The notes: generated from the sequence alone by a model not told the origin. Positions 9,760 through 19,218 are shown, counted from the stretch's first letter. The stretch: DNA of 55,006 bases from an uncultured Granulosicoccaceae bacterium (GCA_964445655.1 CAYULV010000003.1:1-55006), one strand, 5' to 3'. Translations and numbers: made by a program.

Positions 9760-10680
9760 TTATAACGCCTGCGAAGATTCGGCCAGAGCCGCTGCAGAAC
9801 CCAACTTGTCGCCGAACTCAATCGACATTTCGGTCAAAGCAGCTCGTAGCCCTTGCATGACGGTGGCGAAGTATCGCGTGTACTCATCTGTTGAGTAAAG
9901 CTGGGTCAATGTTTTGATATCTTCGGTATTGAATCCGCGGTAGATATACGCCCGATAGTCAGCAATCTGCGTTTCCAGCATTTTTTCAATAGCAGGCTGC
10001 TGAGCCCGAATGCTGGCAATGACATCATCAAGGTCAGTGCGAGATTCTAATGGCTGAGAATAGGAAAGGCCAATCAGGTTAGCTATTTGTGTGTCGGTCA
10101 GTAGTTGCGCCGTCAATTCGCTTACGTTAAGTGATTCATGCAAATCTTTGATCAATTCGCTTCTCACAGCGTACTGACTTGAAGTGCGATAAATCTTTAG
10201 GTACGCATTGAAAGTATCGTCACCCTCGGGTGCTTCTAGTCGGACACGGGCGGATTTCTCGGCAGTTTGTTCGCGTTTTCTTATATCCGAGCGATGTAAA
10301 GCGATGAGGGGGGCGTAATCTGACGGATTCAGCTCCTGCTGCAAATGGGTGTATACCGAAGCCTTGATGCGATCACTGGTGTAGACGCGTTCGGCAATTT
10401 GTTTGGCAAGGTTGACGTAATCCTGTTCGATATGGTCGGCACTTTCGGCCTCTTCAAAACCCTCGATGATGCCATCGAGAAAGTTGGCAGCGGCACGATC
10501 AGCAAGCTGCTGATGATCAGCCACTATCGCGAGTTCATCGAGGCTACTTTCGAGCTTGGATTCTGGCGCATCGTTACTGTTGCCGGCCGCGGAACTGGAT
10601 ATGCTCAACCCTACGGTGACAAAAGCGCCAATCAAAACCCGCTTCAAGGGGGTTACAGGCCTAGCTGCTGAGAAGATCAT
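9760..10680 (-). CDS. Exported helical protein, DUF2059-like
   Basis: N-terminal signal-peptide-like segment. C-terminal YIYRGFNTEDIKTLTQLYST resembles the DUF2059 signature. Confidence 0.55.
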   Translation of the reverse strand: MIFSAARPVTPLKRVLIGAFVTVGLSISSSAAGNSNDAPESKLESSLDELAIVADHQQLADRAAANFLDGIIEGFEEAESADHIEQDYVNLAKQIAERVYTSDRIKASVYTHLQQELNPSDYAPLIALHRSDIRKREQTAEKSARVRLEAPEGDDTFNAYLKIYRTSSQYAVRSELIKDLHESLNVSELTAQLLTDTQIANLIGLSYSQPLESRTDLDDVIASIRAQQPAIEKMLETQIADYRAYIYRGFNTEDIKTLTQLYSTDEYTRYFATVMQGLRAALTEMSIEFGDKLGSAAALAESSQAL

Positions 10681-11076
10681 TTTCAGATACCTCGCTATTC
10701 TTGCGATAGCGTTTATGTGGTATGAGTCTTAACGGCGGAGTCTGGCGATGCGTGACGATATTACGGTGCTATTGATACATTATTCACATGGAATCCGTAT
10801 TGACTTCTCACTGTTTAGCTTGGGCGCGAGGCAGATCACACATGTCAACCTCCCGATTTAGAGGGGTAGATGTGCGGGAGACTGTTTGAAAACATGAGGT
10901 GTCACATTTATTGTTTGGATTGAGGCATCCTCTACGATAGGATAGTATCTGGTTTGGCCTCATTGACGAGCTGCCAACTCGTCAAATGCAGTCTGCTGTC
11001 AGAGGCAATGTTCGCATTGCACTTGGTGATATTGCGGTTTTGCGTTTTTTCAGTTTTAGCTAAGAGGTCATAGTCC

Positions 11077-11805
11077 TTGCCAGTGTTCGATATGACTTTT
11101 GTCTGGACCCTATTGATACTGTTTGTCGCGTATCTGGTTCGCGGGATTGCTGGTTTTGGATCAGGCTTGATCGCGATTCCACTACTCGCCATATTCCATC
11201 CACTGTCACTGGTCGTGCCAATAGTTGTTTTGCTGGATTATCTGGGTTCAGCGGCGCAAGGTGTCAAAAACCGAAATGCAATCAAGTGGTCAGAGCTCAT
11301 GCCTCTACTGCCATTCACATTGCTTGGATGTGTTATCGCCTTGTATCTATTTTCATCGATAGATCCGATTGCTTTAAAACGGGCTCTTGGCGTTTTCGTA
11401 TTGATTTTTGCTGTCTATCAGATTCTGCCTTTGCCCGATCTACGGGGCTCGCGTATTTGGGCGTTCCCGGCAGGTCTGCTCGGTGGTTTGGTTGGAACCA
11501 TCTTTGGTACCGGTGGACCCTTCTACATGATTTACCTGTCGTTACGAGGCCTTGGCAAGACCGAGACAAGAGCCAGTTTCGCCAGTTATTTTTTTATCGA
11601 TGGCAGTATTCGACTTATCGGGTTTTTCCTGATCGGAATGCTGAACAAGGAACTCTTTATTGCTCTCATTGTGTTGTTGCCTGCCGCCGCAATAGGATTG
11701 CTGGTAGGAGGGCGTGTTCACACTGAAATAAGTAATAGCACTTTCAAATATTTTATCAGTCTACTGCTGGTTTTCAGTGGATACCGATTATTAAACGTTA
11801 CGTGA
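11077..11805 (+). CDS. Sulfite exporter TauE/SafE family membrane protein
   Basis: VRGIAGFGSGLIAIP and GTIFGTGGP repeated motifs, about 8 TM segments. TTG start follows AAGAGG. Confidence 0.88.
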   Translation: MPVFDMTFVWTLLILFVAYLVRGIAGFGSGLIAIPLLAIFHPLSLVVPIVVLLDYLGSAAQGVKNRNAIKWSELMPLLPFTLLGCVIALYLFSSIDPIALKRALGVFVLIFAVYQILPLPDLRGSRIWAFPAGLLGGLVGTIFGTGGPFYMIYLSLRGLGKTETRASFASYFFIDGSIRLIGFFLIGMLNKELFIALIVLLPAAAIGLLVGGRVHTEISNSTFKYFISLLLVFSGYRLLNVT

Positions 11806-11817
11806 AGAGAAATTTTG

Positions 11818-12807
11818 ATGAATACAATTTTAGCGGATAGCAGATCCGAGCAAAGTGAGGCCGTTCTGGCGCCAGCGCTGTTTGCGGAGCACAAGAAGTT
11901 CTGGTTGGACAAACAGCCAGAATTGGGCGATATCATAGTGAAACTTCCCGATGCCTGTATCGATGAATTTGATCGTGTAATAAAAGCCGGGGCGGGCGCT
12001 GATGTGACCGAAGCGGTACGAGCAGCCATCCCGCAAACCGACGAACTTGCAAGGCAGGTGCGCCATCAACTTGATTTTGGGTGTGGTGCAGTATTGATTG
12101 ATCGTATACCAGCTGAGCGTTACAGCGTGGATGAAAATCGTAAATTATGTGGATACCTTTCTTCGCTGATATCGCCCTTGATGGAGCAGAATTTCAAAGG
12201 CGTCAAGCTCTATGACGTGATGGACAAGAAGGTTGAGGCCGGTGAGAAGGTAAGACGGTCGATTACCAATCTTCGCCAGAATTATCATACGGATGGAGGC
12301 TGGGTCAGTGCGCCGGCCCGTTATATAGGATTGTATTGCATCCGTAGTGCAGAGCTTGGTGGCTTCAGTCGAATCACCAGTATCATGGCAGCCTACGATG
12401 CCATGTTTAACGGAGATGAGCGAGCCGCAATTCAAAAACTCAGCGAGAGCCATCCATGGGATCGTCAAGGTGAGCACGGTAAATCTGATCAACCTTTTGC
12501 GATGAATCCTACGTTTGTCAGTAATGAGAATGGTTTCTTATCTCGTTGGTACGAGTCGTATATTCGAGATGGGTACGAATTGAAAGGCGAAAAAATGGAT
12601 GAAAAAACCAGGCAGTCACTTGCAATAGTGGGGAATTATCTTGATCGACAAAACAGCATTCGTTTTCTGCTTGAAACAGGGCAGTTCCAGTATGTAAACA
12701 ACTACACTGTCGTGCATGGGCGTGAAGCGTTTGAGGATAGTCAAAGGGTAGGAGGGCGCCATTTGATACGTGTCTGGCATAAAACTTCTCCGGCTACCGA
12801 AGTTTAA
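11818..12807 (+). CDS. TauD/TfdA (clavaminate synthase-like) Fe(II)/2-oxoglutarate dioxygenase
   Basis: HxD (YHTDG), GLYCIR...GGFS, distal His in NNYTVVHGR, RHLIRVW. Confidence 0.88.
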   Translation: MNTILADSRSEQSEAVLAPALFAEHKKFWLDKQPELGDIIVKLPDACIDEFDRVIKAGAGADVTEAVRAAIPQTDELARQVRHQLDFGCGAVLIDRIPAERYSVDENRKLCGYLSSLISPLMEQNFKGVKLYDVMDKKVEAGEKVRRSITNLRQNYHTDGGWVSAPARYIGLYCIRSAELGGFSRITSIMAAYDAMFNGDERAAIQKLSESHPWDRQGEHGKSDQPFAMNPTFVSNENGFLSRWYESYIRDGYELKGEKMDEKTRQSLAIVGNYLDRQNSIRFLLETGQFQYVNNYTVVHGREAFEDSQRVGGRHLIRVWHKTSPATEV

Positions 12808-12811
12808 ATGT

Positions 12812-12868
12812 AACTGCCCCGAATGCTGAATTTGGCTTTCGTAAAAGCGCGTTTTTTTCGGGGCGGTT
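12812..12868. terminator. Hairpin between convergent genes
   Basis: AACTGCCCCGAA (12812-12823) pairs with TTCGGGGCGGTT (12857-12868) with one G-U pair. The loop is large. Confidence 0.4.
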
Positions 12869-15627
12869 CAAGCGGCCTTTTTTAGAGCCGGGTTGTCAAA
12901 TGCGATATGTACAGGGCAAGGTCGACCGATATGATAGCCTTGGGCGTAGTTAACGCCTATATTGATTAATTCTTCGATAGCCTCTGGCGTTTCAACGAAC
13001 TCCGCTACAGTTTCGATGCCCATTGATCTACCGACATGGTGTATGGCTCTGACCATCTCTCGATTGATTTTATCGGTTGCGATATCTTTAACGAACTGCC
13101 CATCGATCTTGATGACATCTACTGGCAGATTTTTAAGGTAACCGAACGAGCTTAAACCTGAACCAAAATCGTCCAGCGCAACTTTAGCCCCCAGTGAACG
13201 AATATTTTCAAACAAATCGTACGCGACTGAAAAGTGTGATATCGCAGCGGTTTCAGTCAGTTCGAACCAGAAATGTGATGGGTCAACCTGATTAGCAGCA
13301 AATTGTTCCTGGATGAAGTGAATCAGATTTGGATTAGCGCATGATTGGCCGGAGAGATTAATCGAGAAAGAATATCTTTCAGCGATTTCTTCTGGCAAAT
13401 TATTAACTATACCAATAGCTTTTTTGATAACCCATTTGTCAATATCGTACATCAGGTCATATCGTTCAGCGGCTTGGATAAATTGCCACGGCGTTATTTC
13501 GGTGCCATCATCCTGCACCATACGCAGTAAAAATTCATAATGGGTTACTGGTGAGTCGGGATGATTGATACCAATCGAAGCGACAGATTGTACGTATAAC
13601 TGAAAGGAATCATTAGAGAGGGATTTCTGCAAATGAGGCAACCAATTAAGCTCATTGGATCGCTCACTGATGGTTTCGTTGTCTTCGGAGTAAACGCAGA
13701 TCCCGTTCCGGCCTCGATCTTTTGCCTCGTAGCAGGCGATGTCAGCAGCAGATAGAATTTCGCTCAAGGAGCCGCTATTTTTATCGATAAAGACAACACC
13801 AATGCTTGCTCGTACGGCAAAGGCTTTGTCATCATGGTGAAAAATATAGTTTTGAAAAAACGCGTAAATCTTGTCGGCGATCTTTTTCGCATTAACTGGA
13901 TCGGTGTTGCTTATGATGAGTCCGAATTCATCTCCGCCAAGTCTTGACAGGACATCGCAAGGTCTTTTGATTGACTGCAAATTGTCCGTCAGTTCTTGCA
14001 GTAGTCGATCTCCAGCGCGGTGACCACAAGTGTCATTAACAACTTTGAATTGATCGAGATCCATGTAGCAGATCGCATGCTTTTGATTGGTACTTGCCAG
14101 GCTCTGGATCTTTTCCCCTAGCTTATTTTCAAAGTAATACCGGTTGGTACAACCGGTTAAAGAATCATGATTAGCCTGAAATTCAAGCTTTTGGCTCAGA
14201 CGCTTTTCGTTACTGATATCACGAAACACCAGAATATGGCCTGTTGTTTTTTCATCCAAGGCTTTTGTCTGTACAACCGACAGGCGTAAAATCGTATCAA
14301 ATGACAGAAAATCCAATGGTTGGATGTCGATTTCATGAGCTCCCCCGAGTTCGAGTTCATCCAACATTCGATGGAGTGGTAGGCGCTCGAAATCCTTGTC
14401 AAGTGGTTGGAAGTTGAACATGCTGGGAAGGGTATGCCCAATCATTGTATCGGTTGATTGACCAAACAATTCTGTCGCTGCAGGGTTCAGATGCACTATG
14501 CGATGATTTATGTCAAGGGTAACGATTGCGTCCTTTATGGAGTTCAGGGTTTTTTCAGCCTTTTCGCGTTCTGAAAATAACAGGTCCTTGTCTATTTGAC
14601 GATTACGTTCAGCGATACGCCTGTGGTTGGCGAAAGATGCAATCAAGCAGATGATAAATATTACCGATAAGAGTGCGCACAGTATTCCGGCTATGGTTTC
14701 TGGAGAAAACCCAATGGGTTTGCTGAGCGTGACTACGATGGTTGATGAGTCAATCTGCCATTTATTGCTTATGGTTACTGGTTTGTAAATCGATGTCAGA
14801 TACGTTTTTTCGGTAGCCTGAAAGGTACGATCGAGTAAGGTGTTTGACCCCTGCGGCGTTATCATATCGATCTGGATATTGAACCCTCGGAGATCTTCCA
14901 GGCTCTCGTCAAGCGTCGAATTGAAGTTGGCTGCTATCCAGAAGCCGCCATCAAAGTGTTTTAATCTTTCCGCTTCGTCCACAGGCGGTTGGTTGCCCAG
15001 ATAGACTGGAGAAAACATGAACAGTTGCCCCCCCCAGGGCCATGATGCCGGAAGAGTAGTTATCAGGGATTCGTTACTTCGGGAAATACGATCGAGCTCT
15101 GTGGCAAGCGCTGGTACTGAGGCGAGATTTGCTCCGATCATGCGCAGATTCGATGGATTCATAGGTTCCAGCATCGATACCGGGTAGTACGAATCCGCTT
15201 CAGCGCTTATTTTTGACTTCCCTGTGTCATTAATATCGACAATGTGAAAATTGAAAAGTCCTTTATTGCTCATGGACTCTTCGAACGCTTCACGATTGTT
15301 TCTGCTGACAACTGCATAACGCCCGAGAGCATTGACGTAAGGAGACTGCTTTCGGAGCGTCTCTGAATAACCTAGTAACTCGCCGTTGTTTATGCTGATC
15401 GACGCGTAGTGCATGCCGACTAAAGAGGACATCATTGTACGCACTTCGCCGACTTTACCTCCGATGCTGCGTGTTACATTGCTCGAAGATCGAGTGGCAG
15501 ATTCAGACTGTTTGTCATGGTTGAACTCAATACCCAGATACACTACCGCGAACGACACAAGCACGCACAGAATTAATCCGCCTATCCGCTCGCTTCGGCT
15601 GAATCCAGTGAGTATGCTAGGGCGCAT
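12868..15627 (-). CDS. Membrane-bound CHASE-PAS-GGDEF-EAL c-di-GMP enzyme
   Basis: Two TM helices around a CHASE-like domain (YYPVSMLEP...IGANLAS), PAS (DAIVTLD...NPAA), RPCD I-site plus GGDEF, EFLLR / ELTET / DDFGSG / EFVE / QGY EAL motifs. Confidence 0.92.
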   Translation of the reverse strand: MRPSILTGFSRSERIGGLILCVLVSFAVVYLGIEFNHDKQSESATRSSSNVTRSIGGKVGEVRTMMSSLVGMHYASISINNGELLGYSETLRKQSPYVNALGRYAVVSRNNREAFEESMSNKGLFNFHIVDINDTGKSKISAEADSYYPVSMLEPMNPSNLRMIGANLASVPALATELDRISRSNESLITTLPASWPWGGQLFMFSPVYLGNQPPVDEAERLKHFDGGFWIAANFNSTLDESLEDLRGFNIQIDMITPQGSNTLLDRTFQATEKTYLTSIYKPVTISNKWQIDSSTIVVTLSKPIGFSPETIAGILCALLSVIFIICLIASFANHRRIAERNRQIDKDLLFSEREKAEKTLNSIKDAIVTLDINHRIVHLNPAATELFGQSTDTMIGHTLPSMFNFQPLDKDFERLPLHRMLDELELGGAHEIDIQPLDFLSFDTILRLSVVQTKALDEKTTGHILVFRDISNEKRLSQKLEFQANHDSLTGCTNRYYFENKLGEKIQSLASTNQKHAICYMDLDQFKVVNDTCGHRAGDRLLQELTDNLQSIKRPCDVLSRLGGDEFGLIISNTDPVNAKKIADKIYAFFQNYIFHHDDKAFAVRASIGVVFIDKNSGSLSEILSAADIACYEAKDRGRNGICVYSEDNETISERSNELNWLPHLQKSLSNDSFQLYVQSVASIGINHPDSPVTHYEFLLRMVQDDGTEITPWQFIQAAERYDLMYDIDKWVIKKAIGIVNNLPEEIAERYSFSINLSGQSCANPNLIHFIQEQFAANQVDPSHFWFELTETAAISHFSVAYDLFENIRSLGAKVALDDFGSGLSSFGYLKNLPVDVIKIDGQFVKDIATDKINREMVRAIHHVGRSMGIETVAEFVETPEAIEELINIGVNYAQGYHIGRPCPVHIAFDNPALKKAA

Positions 15628-15637
15628 TTTTAAAATG

Positions 15638-16600
15638 CTAATGAACTTTTTTGGCTTTGCGCAGAAGCTGATCGCTTAGCTGGATGTTAGCGCCGTTCAA
15701 TAAGCTGTTGTTTACCCACGTATCGAATTTTCGATTTGTCACCAATGGAATGTCGCTAGTTCTTGTGCCTGACAGAATGGCAACTGCCGAAGTTGCAGCC
15801 CATTGACCGTGCTCTTCTGGAATTTTAGTGTAGCCAATCATTGAATACGGCATCATCCAGTCGTGATTGGTCAAGCTGATGATTTTTGATTCTTGTGACG
15901 CATAGTTCTGTGCCTTCAAATCATCCCAGTTGTTAATTCCAGAGTGGCTGCCCATGATCAAAAAATCGTAATCCTGTGCCAGCGTCAAGCCTTCCTTCCA
16001 TGTGGAGAAATCTTCAGCGAGTATGCTATCCATGCTGATTCCCATTTGCTTGGCAACTTTGTTGATACGATTGAAGTTTTTGATTTCTGACAAGGTGGAT
16101 GCGCCGAGGTAGGCTGCGCGGGTTTTGTTGTCAGACACTTTCAAAGCTTGAGTCAGCATGGGTTTGATCGGCGCGATTTCCACGATCCCTGTAACGTTGC
16201 TGGCGGGAAACTCGTACTCTTCTACTGTCCAGTTAATGCCGGAGAAAACGACGGGAATGTGCGTGTCTTTCAGATAAGGCACGATAAGAAACTTGGCCGC
16301 ATTGTCATCGGATGTGATAACGACGTCTGGCTCTAGTTTTTTGATAAGTTCGTATGCATCTTCACCGGCTTGTATTTTCTGCTCGGTAGTTTTGTTGCGC
16401 TTGGTGTCCATGTCGAACTGAACAAGCTCACAATGCCCGTCTATGGTTTGTCTGAGTCCATTCTCTACGCCATCGGACCACGCGTACCCTTTATGGTAAG
16501 AGGAAACATAGAGGCACAAAGGTTCGTCGGATGCATAAGCTGGCAAGCTTCCAGTGACGAGCAGGGTCAAGAAACTAACGATGACTATCGGACGATACAT
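15638..16600 (-). CDS. Periplasmic ABC-type substrate-binding-fold protein
   Basis: Signal peptide ending AYA; LYVSSYHKGYAWS, PDVVITSDDNA, PVVFSGIN, NVTGIVE. No permease or ATPase gene nearby; ends 10 bp before the GGDEF-EAL gene. Confidence 0.8.
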   Translation of the reverse strand: MYRPIVIVSFLTLLVTGSLPAYASDEPLCLYVSSYHKGYAWSDGVENGLRQTIDGHCELVQFDMDTKRNKTTEQKIQAGEDAYELIKKLEPDVVITSDDNAAKFLIVPYLKDTHIPVVFSGINWTVEEYEFPASNVTGIVEIAPIKPMLTQALKVSDNKTRAAYLGASTLSEIKNFNRINKVAKQMGISMDSILAEDFSTWKEGLTLAQDYDFLIMGSHSGINNWDDLKAQNYASQESKIISLTNHDWMMPYSMIGYTKIPEEHGQWAATSAVAILSGTRTSDIPLVTNRKFDTWVNNSLLNGANIQLSDQLLRKAKKVH

Positions 16601-16889
16601 ATTTTCACCTGACTCAAAAAATCGAAATCAACAAATTATTCAGGCGGCTTCAATGTCGACGCGTCGTCCTCGCGAGAAACTGATAGTTACATTTCGATGT
16701 TGTGGCTCAAAACAACACGCCGTTGTTGTCAGGAGCCACAAAATAACTTTCCTCGAAATTTACCAAACCGCTTGGTGAGATCACGCAAGAGCATGTGCTC
16801 ACTGAACTTTCGGTTACTATTTTGTAAGCAATGTAGCGGCCATATGCGGGAGGCTTGAAGAAAATTCGTAACGCGCTATGTTTCTTTTG

Positions 16890-16949
16890 TGAAAAATGAA
16901 TAAATCTGGTCAGATTTAAGGTTTTTCAGTTGTCAGTCAACATTGACAA
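16890..16949. promoter_or_regulatory. Candidate operator palindromes upstream of the binding-protein/c-di-GMP operon
   Basis: TAAATCTG-GT-CAGATTTA (16901-16918) nested in TGAAAAA...TTTTTCA, and TTGTCA-N8-TGACAA (16930-16949). Confidence 0.35.
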
Positions 16950-17068
16950 TGTGAACTGTTTTGCAATCTTGCCAGCGCAGGGCAGTAAGCCATAGGAGTC
17001 AAATTTGGGTAGGTACCTGGCGTTTCAGGGGCTTGAGTTCAGCTTCGATTTATGGGATCAATGGCCGA

Positions 17069-17458
17069 TCATCGATTAACGGAACGCTCCGCGTCGAATT
17101 TTCGGCGCTCGTCGTCAAATTTCTCCCGCTCTCGACGAAGCGAATCTCGTTCTTCATCAAGGGCCTCTCTTTCAGTGTATCCGTTTGGAACGCCACCATG
17201 GTTGGGTCCTGTGTTTTTTTGATAGCTACCGGAAGATTGGGACCAACCTTGTTTAAGGCCTTGTATCGCATTGCCGATGCGGCCAGAGAATGCTGAAATT
17301 GTTTCAGGGCGGCTGAAATCCAGATTTAACCGTCGTCCCCATATAATGTACGCAATCATCAGCATGGCAAGTGGCCAGGCAAGCAAAAACAACACGATCG
17401 TTATGCCGATGTTGACCGATGACCAACCTGGGGCTAGCTGAGAACGTAAATCTGACAT
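17069..17458 (-). CDS. Small membrane protein, DUF2852-like
   Basis: N-terminal hydrophobic IVLFLLAWPLAMLMIAYIIWG and a charged coiled-coil C-terminus (REREKFDDERRKFD). Confidence 0.65.
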   Translation of the reverse strand: MSDLRSQLAPGWSSVNIGITIVLFLLAWPLAMLMIAYIIWGRRLNLDFSRPETISAFSGRIGNAIQGLKQGWSQSSGSYQKNTGPNHGGVPNGYTEREALDEERDSLRREREKFDDERRKFDAERSVNR

Positions 17459-17763
17459 GGAAGCTTCCTCGAACTTTTGTTGTCATGATGTGACCACAAT
17501 TCAAGTTTTTCAAGTGTTTTAAACACTATATTGTTTTGGACGCTACTATAGTGGTATTCGGAAAATACAAAGAATTCATCGATACATTTGATAATTGGCT
17601 TTGATATCCAGAGTATGGCGGCGCTGATGTCTGTTATGCATGGTTAGAACATTTTATGCGTGGCCCAATATTGGTTTTTTCTGGATCGGATGTTGTTCCG
17701 AGACGGCTGTATACCGAATCATGAATTGCAACTTTGTCAAGAGAGCGCTTTCGATTTAGGAAA

Positions 17764-17795
17764 ACGCTTGACTTAAGCGTAGGGGTCGTTAGGAT
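17764..17795 (+). promoter_or_regulatory. Putative sigma70 promoter with a palindrome overlapping the -35 box
   Basis: TTGACT (17768-17773), 16-bp spacer, TAGGAT (17790-17795). The inverted repeat ACGCTT-N5-AAGCGT (17764-17780) overlaps the -35. Confidence 0.5.
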
Positions 17796-17988
17796 ATCGG
17801 CCTGAACCTGGAAGGCTTTGGATCCCGGTTTTGGCCGAAATGGCAATGGACGCAACGTGTGATGATTCCGCGACAGGTGCGAGAAAAAATTGGGCGTCCG
17901 TAACCCTTGAGCGTCGGGTTACCAGATGCAAGACATAAAACGATATCTACACTGTTTTCGCAATGATTAGTGACGAGACTGTTTTCGT

Positions 17989-19119
17989 ATGACGAATGAC
18001 GAGCCGCAAAAAGCGGCCTCTGGCGATTCCGTATCGCAGAATACACATGCACCACGCAAGCCTCGTAGCGATGGACCGCACAGACGCAAGCCACGTCCGC
18101 AAAATGCAAATCAGAACAACCGTCAGCGGCGTCCTCAAGGGCAGCGCCGTGATGGTAATAACTCACAGTCTCGCCAGCAGGGCGGAAACAACGGCAATAC
18201 GGATTCGCGTAACGGTCATCGATCACAACGCCAAGGTCGCTCTCCGAATAGAGCCAGAGCGAATCGTCAGGTAGCAGACGACATTGGCAATCGTCGTTCG
18301 CCCGGTTTGTATGACGATATAGACATTGATGATATTACCGAGGAAATGGATGCCATCGGCAATAGAGCTTTGCCCGAGTCAAAGCAAGCGATCGAACACG
18401 AAGACGATGACTTTGGCAATCGAGATAACTACAACGTCAACAATCGCTTTCCTTCCGATAGCAATTTGGTAGGCGGTTTCGATCCCTATGACTTTGGCAG
18501 TCTCGTTGGTGGTAACACAGCGCGAGGCGGTCGCGGACAACAGCGTCAGAATGGACGATCACGACGACCAGCCAATGCAAACCGTCAAGCGCGTCCACAA
18601 GGTCGCCCTGGTAATCGACCGCCTCAACAAGGTAATGGGCGTAATCAGGGGCAGAATCGTAACCGGTCCGCTCAGGGTCGCAACAATAATCGACCGCAAG
18701 GCTCTGGTGGTAACCGGCATCCGCAAGGGCGGGGTCGGCATCAAAATCAGAATAGAAATCGCAACGCGCAAAATCGTAACTCATCGCAGGAAGCTGGCCC
18801 CACAGCAAATGATGCTCAGGCGACGGTTACTGCTTCGCCGCCAACGCCAGCTCAGGCTGCGAAGCCTGCCGTTAAAGCGGCGCCATCAGTCGCAGCACCC
18901 GTAGAAGCTCCAGTCTCTGCAGCTCCTGCCCGAACGAGTCGTAAGCCCAAAGCGGTTAAAGAAGCCTCGGCAAAAGCCCCTATAGTCAAACACGATACCC
19001 CAGCACCTAAGCTCGAAGCGGCGCCTGCAAAAACGTCTAAACCACGAGCGAAGAAAAAAGCTGCCGCGAAACGGCGCAGCAAAAAATCGTCTGATGCGGA
19101 TAGCAAAGGCGAAGGTTGA
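17989..19119 (+). CDS. Intrinsically disordered R/Q/N/G-rich protein with acidic core and A/P/K-rich tail
   Basis: 376-codon ORF filling the gap between two genes, with a promoter-like site upstream and hairpins downstream. No globular domain recognised. Confidence 0.8.
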   Translation: MTNDEPQKAASGDSVSQNTHAPRKPRSDGPHRRKPRPQNANQNNRQRRPQGQRRDGNNSQSRQQGGNNGNTDSRNGHRSQRQGRSPNRARANRQVADDIGNRRSPGLYDDIDIDDITEEMDAIGNRALPESKQAIEHEDDDFGNRDNYNVNNRFPSDSNLVGGFDPYDFGSLVGGNTARGGRGQQRQNGRSRRPANANRQARPQGRPGNRPPQQGNGRNQGQNRNRSAQGRNNNRPQGSGGNRHPQGRGRHQNQNRNRNAQNRNSSQEAGPTANDAQATVTASPPTPAQAAKPAVKAAPSVAAPVEAPVSAAPARTSRKPKAVKEASAKAPIVKHDTPAPKLEAAPAKTSKPRAKKKAAAKRRSKKSSDADSKGEG

Positions 19120-19149
19120 TTGCTTCAGTAGAGTTTCAACCTCGGCCAT

Positions 19150-19218
19150 CGTGATGTGCGAAACACATCACGTTTGAATACTGAAAAAACAAAGCCTGTG
19201 ATGGGTTCAACCCATCAC
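19150..19218. terminator. Two related hairpins between convergent genes
   Basis: CGTGATGTG-CGAAA-CACATCACG (19150-19172) and GTGATGGGT-TCA-ACCCATCAC (19198-19218). Confidence 0.6.

Noticed and set aside
10825-10840. CRP-like site CGCGA-N6-TCACA
   Set aside because: Only one good half-site; could arise by chance.
17830-17925. c-di-GMP-I riboswitch-like words (GAAA...GGACGCAA, GGGTTACC)
   Set aside because: The GGCAAA/GGTAAA 5' element and the tetraloop receptor are not evident and the spacing is off. Kept only as a generic structured leader.
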